NCBI GenBank assembly: GCA_958296285.1
Contig: OY282459.1
Coordinates: 1,208,336-1,272,335, forward strand
Source: an uncultured Alphaproteobacteria bacterium
Lineage (GTDB): Bacteria > Pseudomonadota > Alphaproteobacteria > JAPOUT01 > G958296285
Direction: 5' to 3'
DNA: 64,000 nucleotides
Every line of letters begins with the position of its first letter. Positions within the stretch are counted from its first letter, which is position 1. This document shows, in pieces, positions 19,597 through 28,715 of this stretch. The notes under the pieces were generated by a model. The model was not told the origin of the DNA. It saw nothing but the letters and a program-made list of their open reading frames with translations, and searched no databases. A program made the position numbers and the translations under genes.

Positions 19597-21390
19597 ATGT
19601 GCGGCATTGTCGGCGCGATCGCGGATGGAGACGCGATCCCCTTCCTGATGAAGGGCTTGTCGCGTCTGGAATATCGCGGCTACGATTCGGCGGGTGTCGC
19701 CCTTCTGTCAGAAGGGACGATAGAGCGCCGCCGCGCCAAAGGCGATCTCTCGGCGCTCCGAGAATTGCTGCGGCGAAACCCTCCGCGCGGCGCGATCGGC
19801 ATCGGACATACGCGCTGGGCGACGCACGGCGCGCCAAGCGAGAAAAACGCCCATCCCCATATTGTCGGCGAAACCGCGATCGTCCATAACGGCATCATTG
19901 AGAATGGCGGCGCGCTGAAAAACGCGCTCCGCGAAAAGGGCGCGATCTTCACGAGCCAAACCGACAGCGAAGTCATCGCGCATCTCTTCCACGCCTTTCT
20001 GGCGGACGGTCTCGCGGCGGAAGACGCTTTCGCCAAAACGCTGGAATCGTTGGAGGGGGCGTTCGCCATCGCGGCTCTGACATGCTCCGCGCCGAACTCG
20101 CTTTTCGCGGCGGCGCGGCGATCGCCTCTCGTCATTGGGCGGGGCGGGGCGGGGGTCTATGTCGCCTCGGACGCCCTCGCGCTCGCCGCCGAAGCGGAGA
20201 GCCTCATCCATTTGGAAGATGGCGAGCGCGCGCGGCTGACGCGCGAGGGTTTTTCAATCCTCAACGCTGAAGGGCGCGCGGTCAAGCGCGTCCCAAAGAA
20301 GATGGCGCTTCAATCGGAGGAAGCGTCAAAAGGCGGACGCCGCTTCTTCATGGAAAAAGAGATTTATGAAACCCCGGAAGCCGCCGCCCGCGCGCTCGCC
20401 GTTCCGATCGGCGAGGAGGACGGCTTTTCGGCGGCGCGGATGCGGGACGCGCGGCAGATTTTCTTTCTCGGCTGCGGATCAGCCTTTTACGCCGGCTTGG
20501 CGGCGAGCTGCTGGATGGAGAAACTGGCGGGCGTTTCGGCGCGGGCTGAGATCGCGTCCGAGTTTCGGCATAGAGGCGCGGCGCTCTCCAAGCGCGATCT
20601 TGCCGTCTTCGTCTCGCAGTCCGGCGAGACTGCCGACACGCTCTCGGCGCTCCGCCATTGCGAGAGGGAGGGCGTCCCGACTTTGGCGCTCGTGAATGTC
20701 GTGGAATCCACGATGGCGCGTCTCGCCGACTGGACTTTGAGCATCGGCGCGGGGCCGGAGATCGGAGTCGCCTCCACGAAAACCCTGATATGCCAAATGA
20801 TCCTTTTGGCGCGTCTGGCGCTTTCTGTCGCCAAGCCTGCCGAAGCGAAGGAGGCGCGCGAGGATTTGTCGTCCCTCCCGCGCAAACTCCAAGAGGCGCT
20901 CGCTCTCAGCGAGGCTCTTCGCGCGATGGCGAAAGATTATCTCGCCCCTTCCGATTATGTTCTTTATTTGGGACGCGGCGCCGGCTACGCGGTCGCGCTG
21001 GAAGGGGCGCTCAAATGCAAGGAGATCGCTTATATTCCGTCAGACGGCGCGCCGGCCGGCGAGATGAAGCATGGGCCTATCGCTCTGATACAAGAGAAGA
21101 CGCCTGTCGTGGTCGTCGCGCCTTATGATCGGCTCTTTCCGAAAATGCTTTCCAATATGGAGGAGATCGCGGCGCGGGGCGGATATTTATGCCTCTTGAC
21201 GGACGCGGAAGGCGCGGCGGCGTCAAAAGATTTGACGCGCGCCTCTGTCGCCCTTCCCGCGGCGGGGGAGATTGGCGCGCCGATTCTTCACGCGCTCGCG
21301 GCGCAGATGCTCGCCTATCATTGCGCGGTGGCTCTAAAACATAATCCCGATCGCCCCCGCAATCTCGCCAAATCCGTGACTGTGGAATAG
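19597..21390 (+). CDS. glmS: Glutamine-fructose-6-phosphate aminotransferase
   Basis: MCGIVG N-terminal nucleophile, two SIS domains, C-terminus ...KSVTVE. Confidence 0.95.
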   Translation: MCGIVGAIADGDAIPFLMKGLSRLEYRGYDSAGVALLSEGTIERRRAKGDLSALRELLRRNPPRGAIGIGHTRWATHGAPSEKNAHPHIVGETAIVHNGIIENGGALKNALREKGAIFTSQTDSEVIAHLFHAFLADGLAAEDAFAKTLESLEGAFAIAALTCSAPNSLFAAARRSPLVIGRGGAGVYVASDALALAAEAESLIHLEDGERARLTREGFSILNAEGRAVKRVPKKMALQSEEASKGGRRFFMEKEIYETPEAAARALAVPIGEEDGFSAARMRDARQIFFLGCGSAFYAGLAASCWMEKLAGVSARAEIASEFRHRGAALSKRDLAVFVSQSGETADTLSALRHCEREGVPTLALVNVVESTMARLADWTLSIGAGPEIGVASTKTLICQMILLARLALSVAKPAEAKEAREDLSSLPRKLQEALALSEALRAMAKDYLAPSDYVLYLGRGAGYAVALEGALKCKEIAYIPSDGAPAGEMKHGPIALIQEKTPVVVVAPYDRLFPKMLSNMEEIAARGGYLCLLTDAEGAAASKDLTRASVALPAAGEIGAPILHALAAQMLAYHCAVALKHNPDRPRNLAKSVTVE

Positions 21391-21467
21391 TCCCCTCGCT
21401 TGACGACAGACCTAAGCGCGAGATACAAGAGGGTCTGTAAATCTTTCACGGAGAGGGAGAGAGCGTC

Positions 21468-22994
21468 ATGCGCCGCCGCAGATTTCTTAAAAACGCCGCC
21501 GCGACCGTCGCCGGCGTCTCATTTCTTCCGATGCTCGGCAGAAGCGCCGCCTTCGCGTTGAGCGATCCTTTCGTCAAAATGGACGCGACCGAGCAGGCGA
21601 GACGCGTCCGAGCAGGCGAGATTGATCCTGTGGAACTGCTGGAAGCCGCGATCAGACGAATAGAAGCGCTGAACCCGGCGCTTAACGCTGTCATTCATAA
21701 AATCTACGACAAAGCCCGCGAACTCGCGCGATCGGGCAGCCTTCCCGAAGGCGCGTTCCATGGCGTTCCCTATCTGATCAAGGATTTGGCGGAACTTGAA
21801 GGCGAGCCTCTGACGATGGGGTCTCGTCTTTTTGGCTTTGGCAATATCGCCGAATTTGATGTCGGGAGCGTCATGCGCGCGAAAGAGGCGGGTCTCGTCA
21901 TTCTCGGCAAGACGAACACGCCGGAATTCGGTCTGACCAGCACGACAGAATCGGTGCTTCTCGGCGCGGCGCGGAATCCATGGAACCCCGAATATCATAC
22001 AGGCGGATCGTCGGGGGGCGCGGCGGCGGCGGTCGCGTCCGGCATGACGCCGATCGCCCACGCTTCGGACGGCGGCGGCTCTATACGGATTCCGGCGTCC
22101 ATTTGCGGGCTTGTCGGCTTAAAACCGAGCCGCGGACGCCTCCATGTCGCCGAGGGCGAAGAGTTTCTAGGCGACATTGTCGTCCGTCTCGGCGTCAGCC
22201 GATCGGTGCGCGACACGGCGCGCCTCCTAGACATTGGCGAGCGGAAGGGATTCCGCGCGCATCTGCCGCCTGTCGGCATGGTGGAAAGACCATCGCGCGC
22301 GCGGCTCAAAATCGCCCTCCACACCAAGACCTATGTCGGAACGGAACCCCATCCGGACGTCAAAGCCGCGATTGAGAAAACCGCCCAACTCTGCGCCCGA
22401 TTGGGGCATGAAGTCACCGAGGCGCGTCCGCGCTACAATGGAGAGGAATTTCTGGAACACTTCATGGCGATCTGGACGACAACCCCTCTGGAACTCGCCG
22501 ACAATGCATGGATCATCGGCTTGGCGCAGGGACGGCTGCTCTCGGCGGAAGGCGCGCTGGAACCATGGACGCTCGGCTTGGCGGAATGGCATCGGAAGCG
22601 CGAGGAGGCGAAGCCCGGAATCGTCAAGCGCGCGCTGGACTATTTGGACAAATTCACCCGCCTCTATGACGACTATTTTCAGCGCTTTGACGCAGAGCTG
22701 ACTCCCGTCCTCCGACTGCCTCCGCGAAAACTCGGCGAGCAGGCGCCGACATTGGACTTTGAGACCGTCTATGATCGCGTGCTGGATTATGTCTCCTACA
22801 CGCCGCAGCATAACGCCGCCGGAACGCCGGCGATCTCGCTTCCCCTCTTTATGAGTCCTGACGGCCTCCCGATCGGAAGCCAATTCGCCGCGCGGCGAGG
22901 GCGCGAGAAGACCCTCCTAGAACTCGCTTATGAGCTGGAGCAGGCGCGACCATGGGCAGAGCGCTGGCCGGACATCTCCGCCGTCAATCTCTGA
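21468..22994 (+). CDS. Amidase-signature family amidase with Tat-type signal
   Basis: N-terminus MRRRRFLKNAAATVAG and amidase signature GGSSGGAAAAVA...DGGGSIRIPA. Confidence 0.85.
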   Translation: MRRRRFLKNAAATVAGVSFLPMLGRSAAFALSDPFVKMDATEQARRVRAGEIDPVELLEAAIRRIEALNPALNAVIHKIYDKARELARSGSLPEGAFHGVPYLIKDLAELEGEPLTMGSRLFGFGNIAEFDVGSVMRAKEAGLVILGKTNTPEFGLTSTTESVLLGAARNPWNPEYHTGGSSGGAAAAVASGMTPIAHASDGGGSIRIPASICGLVGLKPSRGRLHVAEGEEFLGDIVVRLGVSRSVRDTARLLDIGERKGFRAHLPPVGMVERPSRARLKIALHTKTYVGTEPHPDVKAAIEKTAQLCARLGHEVTEARPRYNGEEFLEHFMAIWTTTPLELADNAWIIGLAQGRLLSAEGALEPWTLGLAEWHRKREEAKPGIVKRALDYLDKFTRLYDDYFQRFDAELTPVLRLPPRKLGEQAPTLDFETVYDRVLDYVSYTPQHNAAGTPAISLPLFMSPDGLPIGSQFAARRGREKTLLELAYELEQARPWAERWPDISAVNL

Positions 22995-23090
22995 AAGCGA
23001 TAGTTTTAACGCTTGCCTTTCGCCGAAGATTTCATCAGAATTCCGCCCAACTCCAAGCGGGAGAGCAGGAGAGCAGGAGAGCAGGAAAGT

Positions 23091-23825
23091 ATGAGAGACG
23101 CCGAACAGGAAGCGCGCGTGGAACTCGCGGCAACCTATCGCCTTGTCGCCCATTATGGATGGGACGACCTCATCTACACCCATATTTCGGCGCGCGTGCC
23201 GGACGAGGATGGGCGATTCCTCATCAATCCCTATGGCATGGGCTTTGACGAAATCACCGCCTCCAATCTCATCAAAATAGATGTGGAGGGGAACAAAATC
23301 TCCGAATCCGATTATGACGTCAATCCTGCCGGCTTCACGATCCACAGCGCCGTCCATATGCACGACACGGAGGCGCATTGCGTCATTCATACCCATTCCA
23401 ATGACGGAGTCGCGGTCTCGGCGCAAGCCGAAGGGCTGCTGCCTCTGTCGCAGACGGCGATGATTATCCTCGGCGATCTCGCCTATCACGATTATGAGGG
23501 CATCGCGCTGGAACATGGCGAGCGCGAGCGTCTCGTCAAAGACCTCGGCGACAATCATTGCATGATCCTCCGCAACCACGGACTGCTGACGACAGGCGCC
23601 GATTGCGCTGACGCCTTTCTGCGTCTCTTCTTCATGGAGCGCGCCTGCACGATGCAAGTCAGAGGGCTGTCGGCGGGGCGCGAGCGCGTCAATATGCCGA
23701 ATCAGGGGGTCGCCGAAAAAACCGCCAGCCAAGCGAACTTCCGCGAGAGCAGAGGCTTCGGACAGATGGCATGGCCCGCCCTGATGCGGAAATTGGACAA
23801 AATAGACCCTTCTTTCAGGAACTGA
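23091..23825 (+). CDS. Class II aldolase/adducin-domain protein
   Basis: ELAATYRLVAHYGWDDLIYTHISARV... and HTHS motifs. The start at 23091 is preferred over the track start at 23013. Confidence 0.75.
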   Translation: MRDAEQEARVELAATYRLVAHYGWDDLIYTHISARVPDEDGRFLINPYGMGFDEITASNLIKIDVEGNKISESDYDVNPAGFTIHSAVHMHDTEAHCVIHTHSNDGVAVSAQAEGLLPLSQTAMIILGDLAYHDYEGIALEHGERERLVKDLGDNHCMILRNHGLLTTGADCADAFLRLFFMERACTMQVRGLSAGRERVNMPNQGVAEKTASQANFRESRGFGQMAWPALMRKLDKIDPSFRN

Positions 23826-23830
23826 CCCCG

Positions 23831-24853
23831 ATGCCGAAACTCATCCACAGCAATGACGAATTGATGGCGGAGCATGATTACGCCCGTCCGCATCAGGAAG
23901 GCGGCTATCGTCTGCATGGCGGCTTTGACGAGGCGGGGCGCTATATTTCGCCGCGCACGCTGCGCCGCGCGCCGGCGCTTCAAGCATGGGAGGAGGCGCT
24001 GAAGGCGCGAGGCGGAACGCTTTTGGACGCTTCCAAAGCGCTTCTCGCGCGAGGAACCTATCCCAATCAGCATCAGCAGCTCTTCCTTCTTGGGAACGGG
24101 TTCGGGCAGAGTTTTTGGAACTCGCTGACGATCACCGGCGTCATTGAGGCGCGAGGGCAGGCGCTCGTGGAATATCCCGCGCCGAAGATGCAGAAGATCT
24201 TCCATGAGGATATTTCCGCCATGTGCGTTGGACATTTGGAGAAGGGTCTTCTCGCGGCGCATGGCATGGATGAAGGCGGCGATCCCGCCCGTCCCGAAAT
24301 CGGCGCCCATGACGCCATGTGGTTCGCCGTCCGCGACATGATCTTCGGCGAAGACGCCTATCCCCGCCCCGAAGTCCCACAGAGCATCGGGCGTCCGAAA
24401 GAGGCGGCGTTCTTTCCCGATCTGCCCCCGCAATATGACGCTCTCTTGACGCTGCTGATGGACGTGCTGATGATTGAAGTCCGCGCGATCGCTTTCTTTG
24501 ATTTCTGCGTGAATATCTTGCGCGCGCCCGAATCTTTTCGCGGCAAGAACGCGGAGAAAGAACGCGCGGCTGTTCTCGTGGATCGCATTCGTCAAGATGA
24601 GATGGTTCATATCGGCTATCTCAGAATCGCCATGTCGGAAATGCGGCATTTGACGTTTCGGACAGTGTCCGGCGGCTCTCTTGACGGCAAGAGCGTCATA
24701 GATCCCGTTTGGCGGGATATGGTTCTGTGGCATGGCGAGACGCAGTTTGATCTGTTGCGCGAGCGCGCCCGCGCCTCGTTTCAAGAAAGAATGCCGGCGG
24801 CGCTCCTCAAGCAGTTTGACGCGCTGGAAGACGAAACCCCTCGCGCCGCCTAA
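23831..24853 (+). CDS. Hypothetical protein (340 aa), family not recognised
   Basis: Clean ORF starting MPKLIH, 5 nt after the aldolase stop. Codon usage matches its neighbours. I cannot name a motif with confidence. Confidence 0.55.
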   Translation: MPKLIHSNDELMAEHDYARPHQEGGYRLHGGFDEAGRYISPRTLRRAPALQAWEEALKARGGTLLDASKALLARGTYPNQHQQLFLLGNGFGQSFWNSLTITGVIEARGQALVEYPAPKMQKIFHEDISAMCVGHLEKGLLAAHGMDEGGDPARPEIGAHDAMWFAVRDMIFGEDAYPRPEVPQSIGRPKEAAFFPDLPPQYDALLTLLMDVLMIEVRAIAFFDFCVNILRAPESFRGKNAEKERAAVLVDRIRQDEMVHIGYLRIAMSEMRHLTFRTVSGGSLDGKSVIDPVWRDMVLWHGETQFDLLRERARASFQERMPAALLKQFDALEDETPRAA

Positions 24854-24879
24854 TCCCTTTAATGACAGGAGGATAGACA

Positions 24880-26169
24880 ATGAAATTCGGAATCTTTTAT
24901 GAGCATCAGCTTCCGCGCCCTTGGAAAGAGGGCGAGGAGCTGCAACTGTTTCAGGACGCGCTGGATCAGGTGGAACTCGCCGACAAACTCGGCATTGATT
25001 ACGCGTGGGAAGTGGAGCATCACTTTTTGGAGGAGTATTCGCATTCCTCCGCGCCCGAAGTTTTCCTCGCCGCCTGCTCGCAGAGGACAGAGCGGATTCG
25101 TTTGGGGCATGGGATCGTCCTGATGCCGCCGGGCTACAACCATCCGGCGCGAGTCGCCGAGCGCATCGCCACATTGGATTTGGTCTCCAAGGGCCGCGTG
25201 GAGTGGGGGACAGGCGAATCTTCCGCCATCTTGGAACTGGGCGGATACGGCGTCCCGGTGGAAGAGAAGCGCGATCAATGGCACGAGACTGTGGAGCAAG
25301 CCGCCAATATGCTCGCGATGGATCCTTATCCGGGCTTTGACGGGAAATATTTCTCCATGCCGTGCCGCAACATCGTTCCGAAGTCGGTGCAGAAGCCGCA
25401 TCCGCCGATCTGGGTCGCCTGCTCCAACCGCGAGACGATCAAACTCGCCGCCAAACTCGGCATTGGCGCGCTGACCTTCGCCTTCATTGATCCGAAGGAT
25501 GCGCGGCAGTGGGTCGGCGATTATTACCGCATTCTCAAAGAGGAATGCGTGCCGATTGGCCATGCGATCAATCCGAACATCTGCATGGTGAGCGGCTTCT
25601 CCATCCACGCGGACGCGCGGGAAGCCGTCCGCCGCGGCTTGGACGGCTTCCGCTTCTTCGGCTACGCGCTCGGGCATCATTATATTTTCGGCGAGCATAA
25701 GCCGGGGCGCACCGACATCTGGGCGAATTATGAGAAGACGCGCCAAGAAGGCGACATGGGCGAAGACGCCGGAATCGGCACGCCCGATGATCTCCGCCAG
25801 CATCTGCGCAAATTCTCGGGTTCCGGCGTGGATCAGGTCGCCTTCATTCAGCAGGGCGGACGCAACAAGCATCAGCATATTTGCGATGCGCTGGAACTTT
25901 TCGCCGAAGAGGTCATGCCGGAGTTCCATGAAGGCGAGGAGGAGCGCCAAGAGAAGAAGATAAAGGAACTCGCCCCTTATCTGGACGCCGCGATGGAGCG
26001 GAAGGATAAGATGCGTCCGCTTTCTGACGGTGAGATTCCGACTTTTGAGGCGCTTGGTCGTCAGATTGCCGAGCAGAAACTCACTCCCGAAGAAGAGAAA
26101 GCGCGCGATGAGTTTCTGAAAGCCTCGCATGTGCCGTTGGAGGATCCGACAAAAACGGCGGCGGAATGA
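24880..26169 (+). CDS. Luciferase-like (LLM class) flavin-dependent oxidoreductase
   Basis: MKFGIFYEHQLPRPW...GIDYAWEVEHHF...RIRLGHGI, typical of the LLM family. RBS GGAGG lies upstream. Confidence 0.8.
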   Translation: MKFGIFYEHQLPRPWKEGEELQLFQDALDQVELADKLGIDYAWEVEHHFLEEYSHSSAPEVFLAACSQRTERIRLGHGIVLMPPGYNHPARVAERIATLDLVSKGRVEWGTGESSAILELGGYGVPVEEKRDQWHETVEQAANMLAMDPYPGFDGKYFSMPCRNIVPKSVQKPHPPIWVACSNRETIKLAAKLGIGALTFAFIDPKDARQWVGDYYRILKEECVPIGHAINPNICMVSGFSIHADAREAVRRGLDGFRFFGYALGHHYIFGEHKPGRTDIWANYEKTRQEGDMGEDAGIGTPDDLRQHLRKFSGSGVDQVAFIQQGGRNKHQHICDALELFAEEVMPEFHEGEEERQEKKIKELAPYLDAAMERKDKMRPLSDGEIPTFEALGRQIAEQKLTPEEEKARDEFLKASHVPLEDPTKTAAE

Positions 26170-26894
26170 TGAAGAAGCCGATCGCGATTGTTTTGGGCGT
26201 TGGCGCGTCTGACGGTTTGGGCGCGGCGCTGGCGAGGCGCTTCGCTTCGGGCGGCATGGAGGTCGTCATTTCGGGTCGGACGGAGGAGAGGATCGCCAAA
26301 ATCGCCGAGGAGATCGGCGCGTCAGGGGGGAAGGCGCATTTTCATGCCGCCGATACCACTGATGCGGGGTCGGTAAGGTCTCTTTTTGAGATGGCGAGCG
26401 GGAAGGGCGGCATTGGCGCGGTTCTTTACAATGTTGGGAACAATATGCCTCTTCCTTTCGCTGATTTGACGCAGGAGATGTTTGAGGATTTTTGGCGCGT
26501 TTGTTGTTTCGGCGGATTCATCACGGCGAAGGCGGCGCTTCCCTTTTTGGAGGATGGCGGGGGGAGTTTATTTTTCACTGGGGCTTCGGCTTCCATGCGG
26601 GGTCGCGCGATGTTCGCGCATTTTGGATCGGCGAAGGCGGCGCTCAGGACTTTGGCGCAGGCTTTGGCGAAGGAATATGGGCCGCGGGGCGTTCATGTTG
26701 GTCATGTTGTTGTGGATGGGGCGATTGACGGGTCTAGGGTTCGCGAGCATTTTGCCGAGTATTTGGAGGGGTTGGGCGAGGATGGGTCGTTGAAGCCTGA
26801 TCATATTGCGGAGGCTTTTTGGATGATGCATAATCAGCATCGGAGCGTTTGGACGTTTGAGTTGGATGTTCGTCCGTTTAAGGAGAGTTGGTGA
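26166..26894 (+). CDS. Short-chain dehydrogenase/reductase
   Basis: N-terminal glycine-rich GVGASDGLGAALA, about 240 aa, ATGA overlap with the LLM gene. Confidence 0.8.
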   Translation: MMKKPIAIVLGVGASDGLGAALARRFASGGMEVVISGRTEERIAKIAEEIGASGGKAHFHAADTTDAGSVRSLFEMASGKGGIGAVLYNVGNNMPLPFADLTQEMFEDFWRVCCFGGFITAKAALPFLEDGGGSLFFTGASASMRGRAMFAHFGSAKAALRTLAQALAKEYGPRGVHVGHVVVDGAIDGSRVREHFAEYLEGLGEDGSLKPDHIAEAFWMMHNQHRSVWTFELDVRPFKESW

Positions 26895-26895
26895 G

Positions 26896-27114
26896 TCTCC
26901 CGTTAAGGGGGGTTTGGGGGGCTTAGCCCCCCAAGAAAACCAAGCGGGCGTAGCCCGCTACAGGTCGGCGGGCGTGGCGCAACGAAGCAAGCGAGGCGAG
27001 CATAGCGAGACGAGCTTGCGAGAAGCCCGCCGACCCCCCTGCTAGAAGAGCTGATAGGCGGGCTTGCGCCCGCCTTGTTTTTCGTGGGGGGCATAATGCC
27101 CCCCACACCCCCCT
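26896..27114. repeat. Palindromic repeat family, locus R3 (left arm plus short right arm)
   Basis: CTCCCGTTAAGGGGGGTTTGGGGGGCTTAGCCCCCC, AGCGGGCGTAGCCCGCT, the GTCGGCGGGC...GCCCGCCGAC long hairpin, a truncated centre, the GGCGGGCTTGCGCCCGCC hairpin, and GGGGGGCATAATGCCCCCC. Confidence 0.9.
27057..27084 (+). terminator. Intrinsic-terminator-like hairpin inside R3
   Basis: GGCGGGC-TTGC-GCCCGCC followed by TTGTTTTTCG, downstream of the SDR operon on the same strand. Confidence 0.5.
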
Positions 27115-27160
27115 TTTTTAAATCTTGACAAAACTCTTCGCCCAACCTAAAAGCAAAACC

Positions 27161-27472
27161 ATGACTGAGAGAACAAAAAGATTCTTCATCATCGCGCTCG
27201 CGGGAATCTTCCTGACCGCCTGCGCGAAACAGCAAGCGGGAATCACCGTCTCGCAATATGCCTCTGGAACGCCTGCCTTTGAGGAATCGCAATTCTTCTT
27301 CCTGTCAGGCATTGGACAAACAAAACATATCAACGCCGCAGAGATATGCAAAGGAGTGAGCAAAGTCCAGCGCGTGGAGTCGCAGCGGACGGGATGGGAT
27401 ATTGTTATTAGCGTTCTGACAGTGGGTATTATCACGCCCTGGACAGCCCGAGTTTATTGCGCAGGGAGATGA
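27161..27472 (+). CDS. Bor/Iss-family lipoprotein
   Basis: Lipobox LTAC. FFFLSGIGQTKHINAAEIC...TPWTARVYC matches the lambda Bor pattern (FFVSGIGQ...AAKIC...YTP..ARVYC) as recalled from memory. Confidence 0.75.
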   Translation: MTERTKRFFIIALAGIFLTACAKQQAGITVSQYASGTPAFEESQFFFLSGIGQTKHINAAEICKGVSKVQRVESQRTGWDIVISVLTVGIITPWTARVYCAGR

Positions 27473-27777
27473 AAATGACACGACTCGGCAAAATGATCCT
27501 TCCGTTCGCATGCATTCTTCTTCTTGCCTCATGCACGACACAGCGCTACGTCCTGCAGGAAAAGAAAATCGCGGATTTCGCTAATTATGAAAGCGGGCAA
27601 ACTTTCTTTCTTCAGGGGATCGGACAGACACAGCACATTGATGCCGCGCAAGTGTGCGGCGGCAAAAATAAAGTCGCGGCGGTAGAATTCCATCAAAGCG
27701 TGTTGGACATCCTTTTGGCGGTTTTGACCAATGGGCTTTATACTCCTCGGACAGTCGGGGTTTATTGCGCCCGCTAG
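27469..27777 (+). CDS. Bor/Iss-family lipoprotein (tandem paralog)
   Basis: Lipobox LASC and FFLQGIGQTQHIDAAQVCGG...YTPRTVGVYC. ATGA overlap with the first copy. Confidence 0.75.
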   Translation: MKMTRLGKMILPFACILLLASCTTQRYVLQEKKIADFANYESGQTFFLQGIGQTQHIDAAQVCGGKNKVAAVEFHQSVLDILLAVLTNGLYTPRTVGVYCAR

Positions 27778-27790
27778 CCGATAATCGGCT

Positions 27791-28522
27791 CTAGCCGATA
27801 AGAGTCTCTATCTCCTTTAGACACTCCGCCAACAGCTTCGGATGCGAGAAAAACGGCGAATGCGCCGAAGGCAAATCATAACGCCTCTCACAGCCGGCGC
27901 GCTCAACCATCCGAATCTGATTGGAATAACGGATCGCCTTGTCTTCCTTGCAAGCGATGTAATAGCGCTTCAGCCGACCAAAACGCTCCTCGCTCAAAGA
28001 CACTGCCTCCCGAAAAGGCGGCATCGCTTGCGGACGCAAATGCCGCTTGGCGAGAGCGATATCCTCGGCGGAGCAGTCTTCGTAGAAGCCGGGGACAAGA
28101 GCCTCGTCTTGGATTGTGAACTCTCCGCGAAGGTGATGAATCTTCAGGAAATCGGCAGGCTCGTCGGCAGGGATGAGGCTCATCAGGCTGTCGCCATTTT
28201 GAGGGAGAAACGCCGCCAAATAGATCAGCGCCCGAAAGCGATGCGGCGATCGCTCCGCCGCGGACGAAATCACAAGCCCTCCCATGGAATGTCCGACAGG
28301 CACGACATCGCCCTTTATGTTTTTGGCGAAATCGGCGACCGCGCGCCCATATTCTGCCATGCTGATTCGCCAGCCCCAGCGTTTTTGTGATTGTCCGAGT
28401 CCGGGCAGGTCTGGCGCCTGCCATTGCAGGCCGAGTTTTTTGAGTTCTGGCGTCAGACGCTGCCAGCACCATGCGCCGTGCCATGCGCCATGCACCAGCA
28501 AGAATGTTGGCGAGTTTGTCAT
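27791..28522 (-). CDS. Alpha/beta-fold hydrolase (esterase-like)
   Basis: FLLVHGAWHGAWCW N-terminus and the GHSMGG nucleophile elbow, 243 aa. Confidence 0.8.
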   Translation of the reverse strand: MTNSPTFLLVHGAWHGAWCWQRLTPELKKLGLQWQAPDLPGLGQSQKRWGWRISMAEYGRAVADFAKNIKGDVVPVGHSMGGLVISSAAERSPHRFRALIYLAAFLPQNGDSLMSLIPADEPADFLKIHHLRGEFTIQDEALVPGFYEDCSAEDIALAKRHLRPQAMPPFREAVSLSEERFGRLKRYYIACKEDKAIRYSNQIRMVERAGCERRYDLPSAHSPFFSHPKLLAECLKEIETLIG

Positions 28523-28561
28523 GGTTCTCCCCCTGATGTTCCGCCTGTTTTTGATTTCCGG

Positions 28562-28634
28562 TGCCGGCGGAGGGATTTGAACCCCCGACCCCCTGATTAC
28601 AAATCAGATGCTCTACCGACTGAGCTACACCGGC
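28562..28634 (-). tRNA. tRNA-Thr (anticodon UGU)
   Basis: The reverse complement folds by hand. Acceptor GCCGGTG/CGCCGGC (one G-U), D stem GCTC/GAGC, anticodon arm TCTGA-TTTGTAA-TCAGG, T arm GGGGG-TTCAAAT-CCCTC, discriminator A. Confidence 0.85.
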
Positions 28635-28646
28635 GCGAGAGCGGTT
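28572..28646. repeat. 75-bp direct repeat, left copy (tRNA-Thr positions 1-63 plus 12 nt of leader)
   Basis: Character-by-character identical to 30670..30744. Confidence 0.9.
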
Positions 28647-28715
28647 CTCTTCTTTGAACAACCTATACTCTATTGCGAGGGGCGGTCAAAGGCAGGAATG
28701 GCTTCGGGGCAGATA

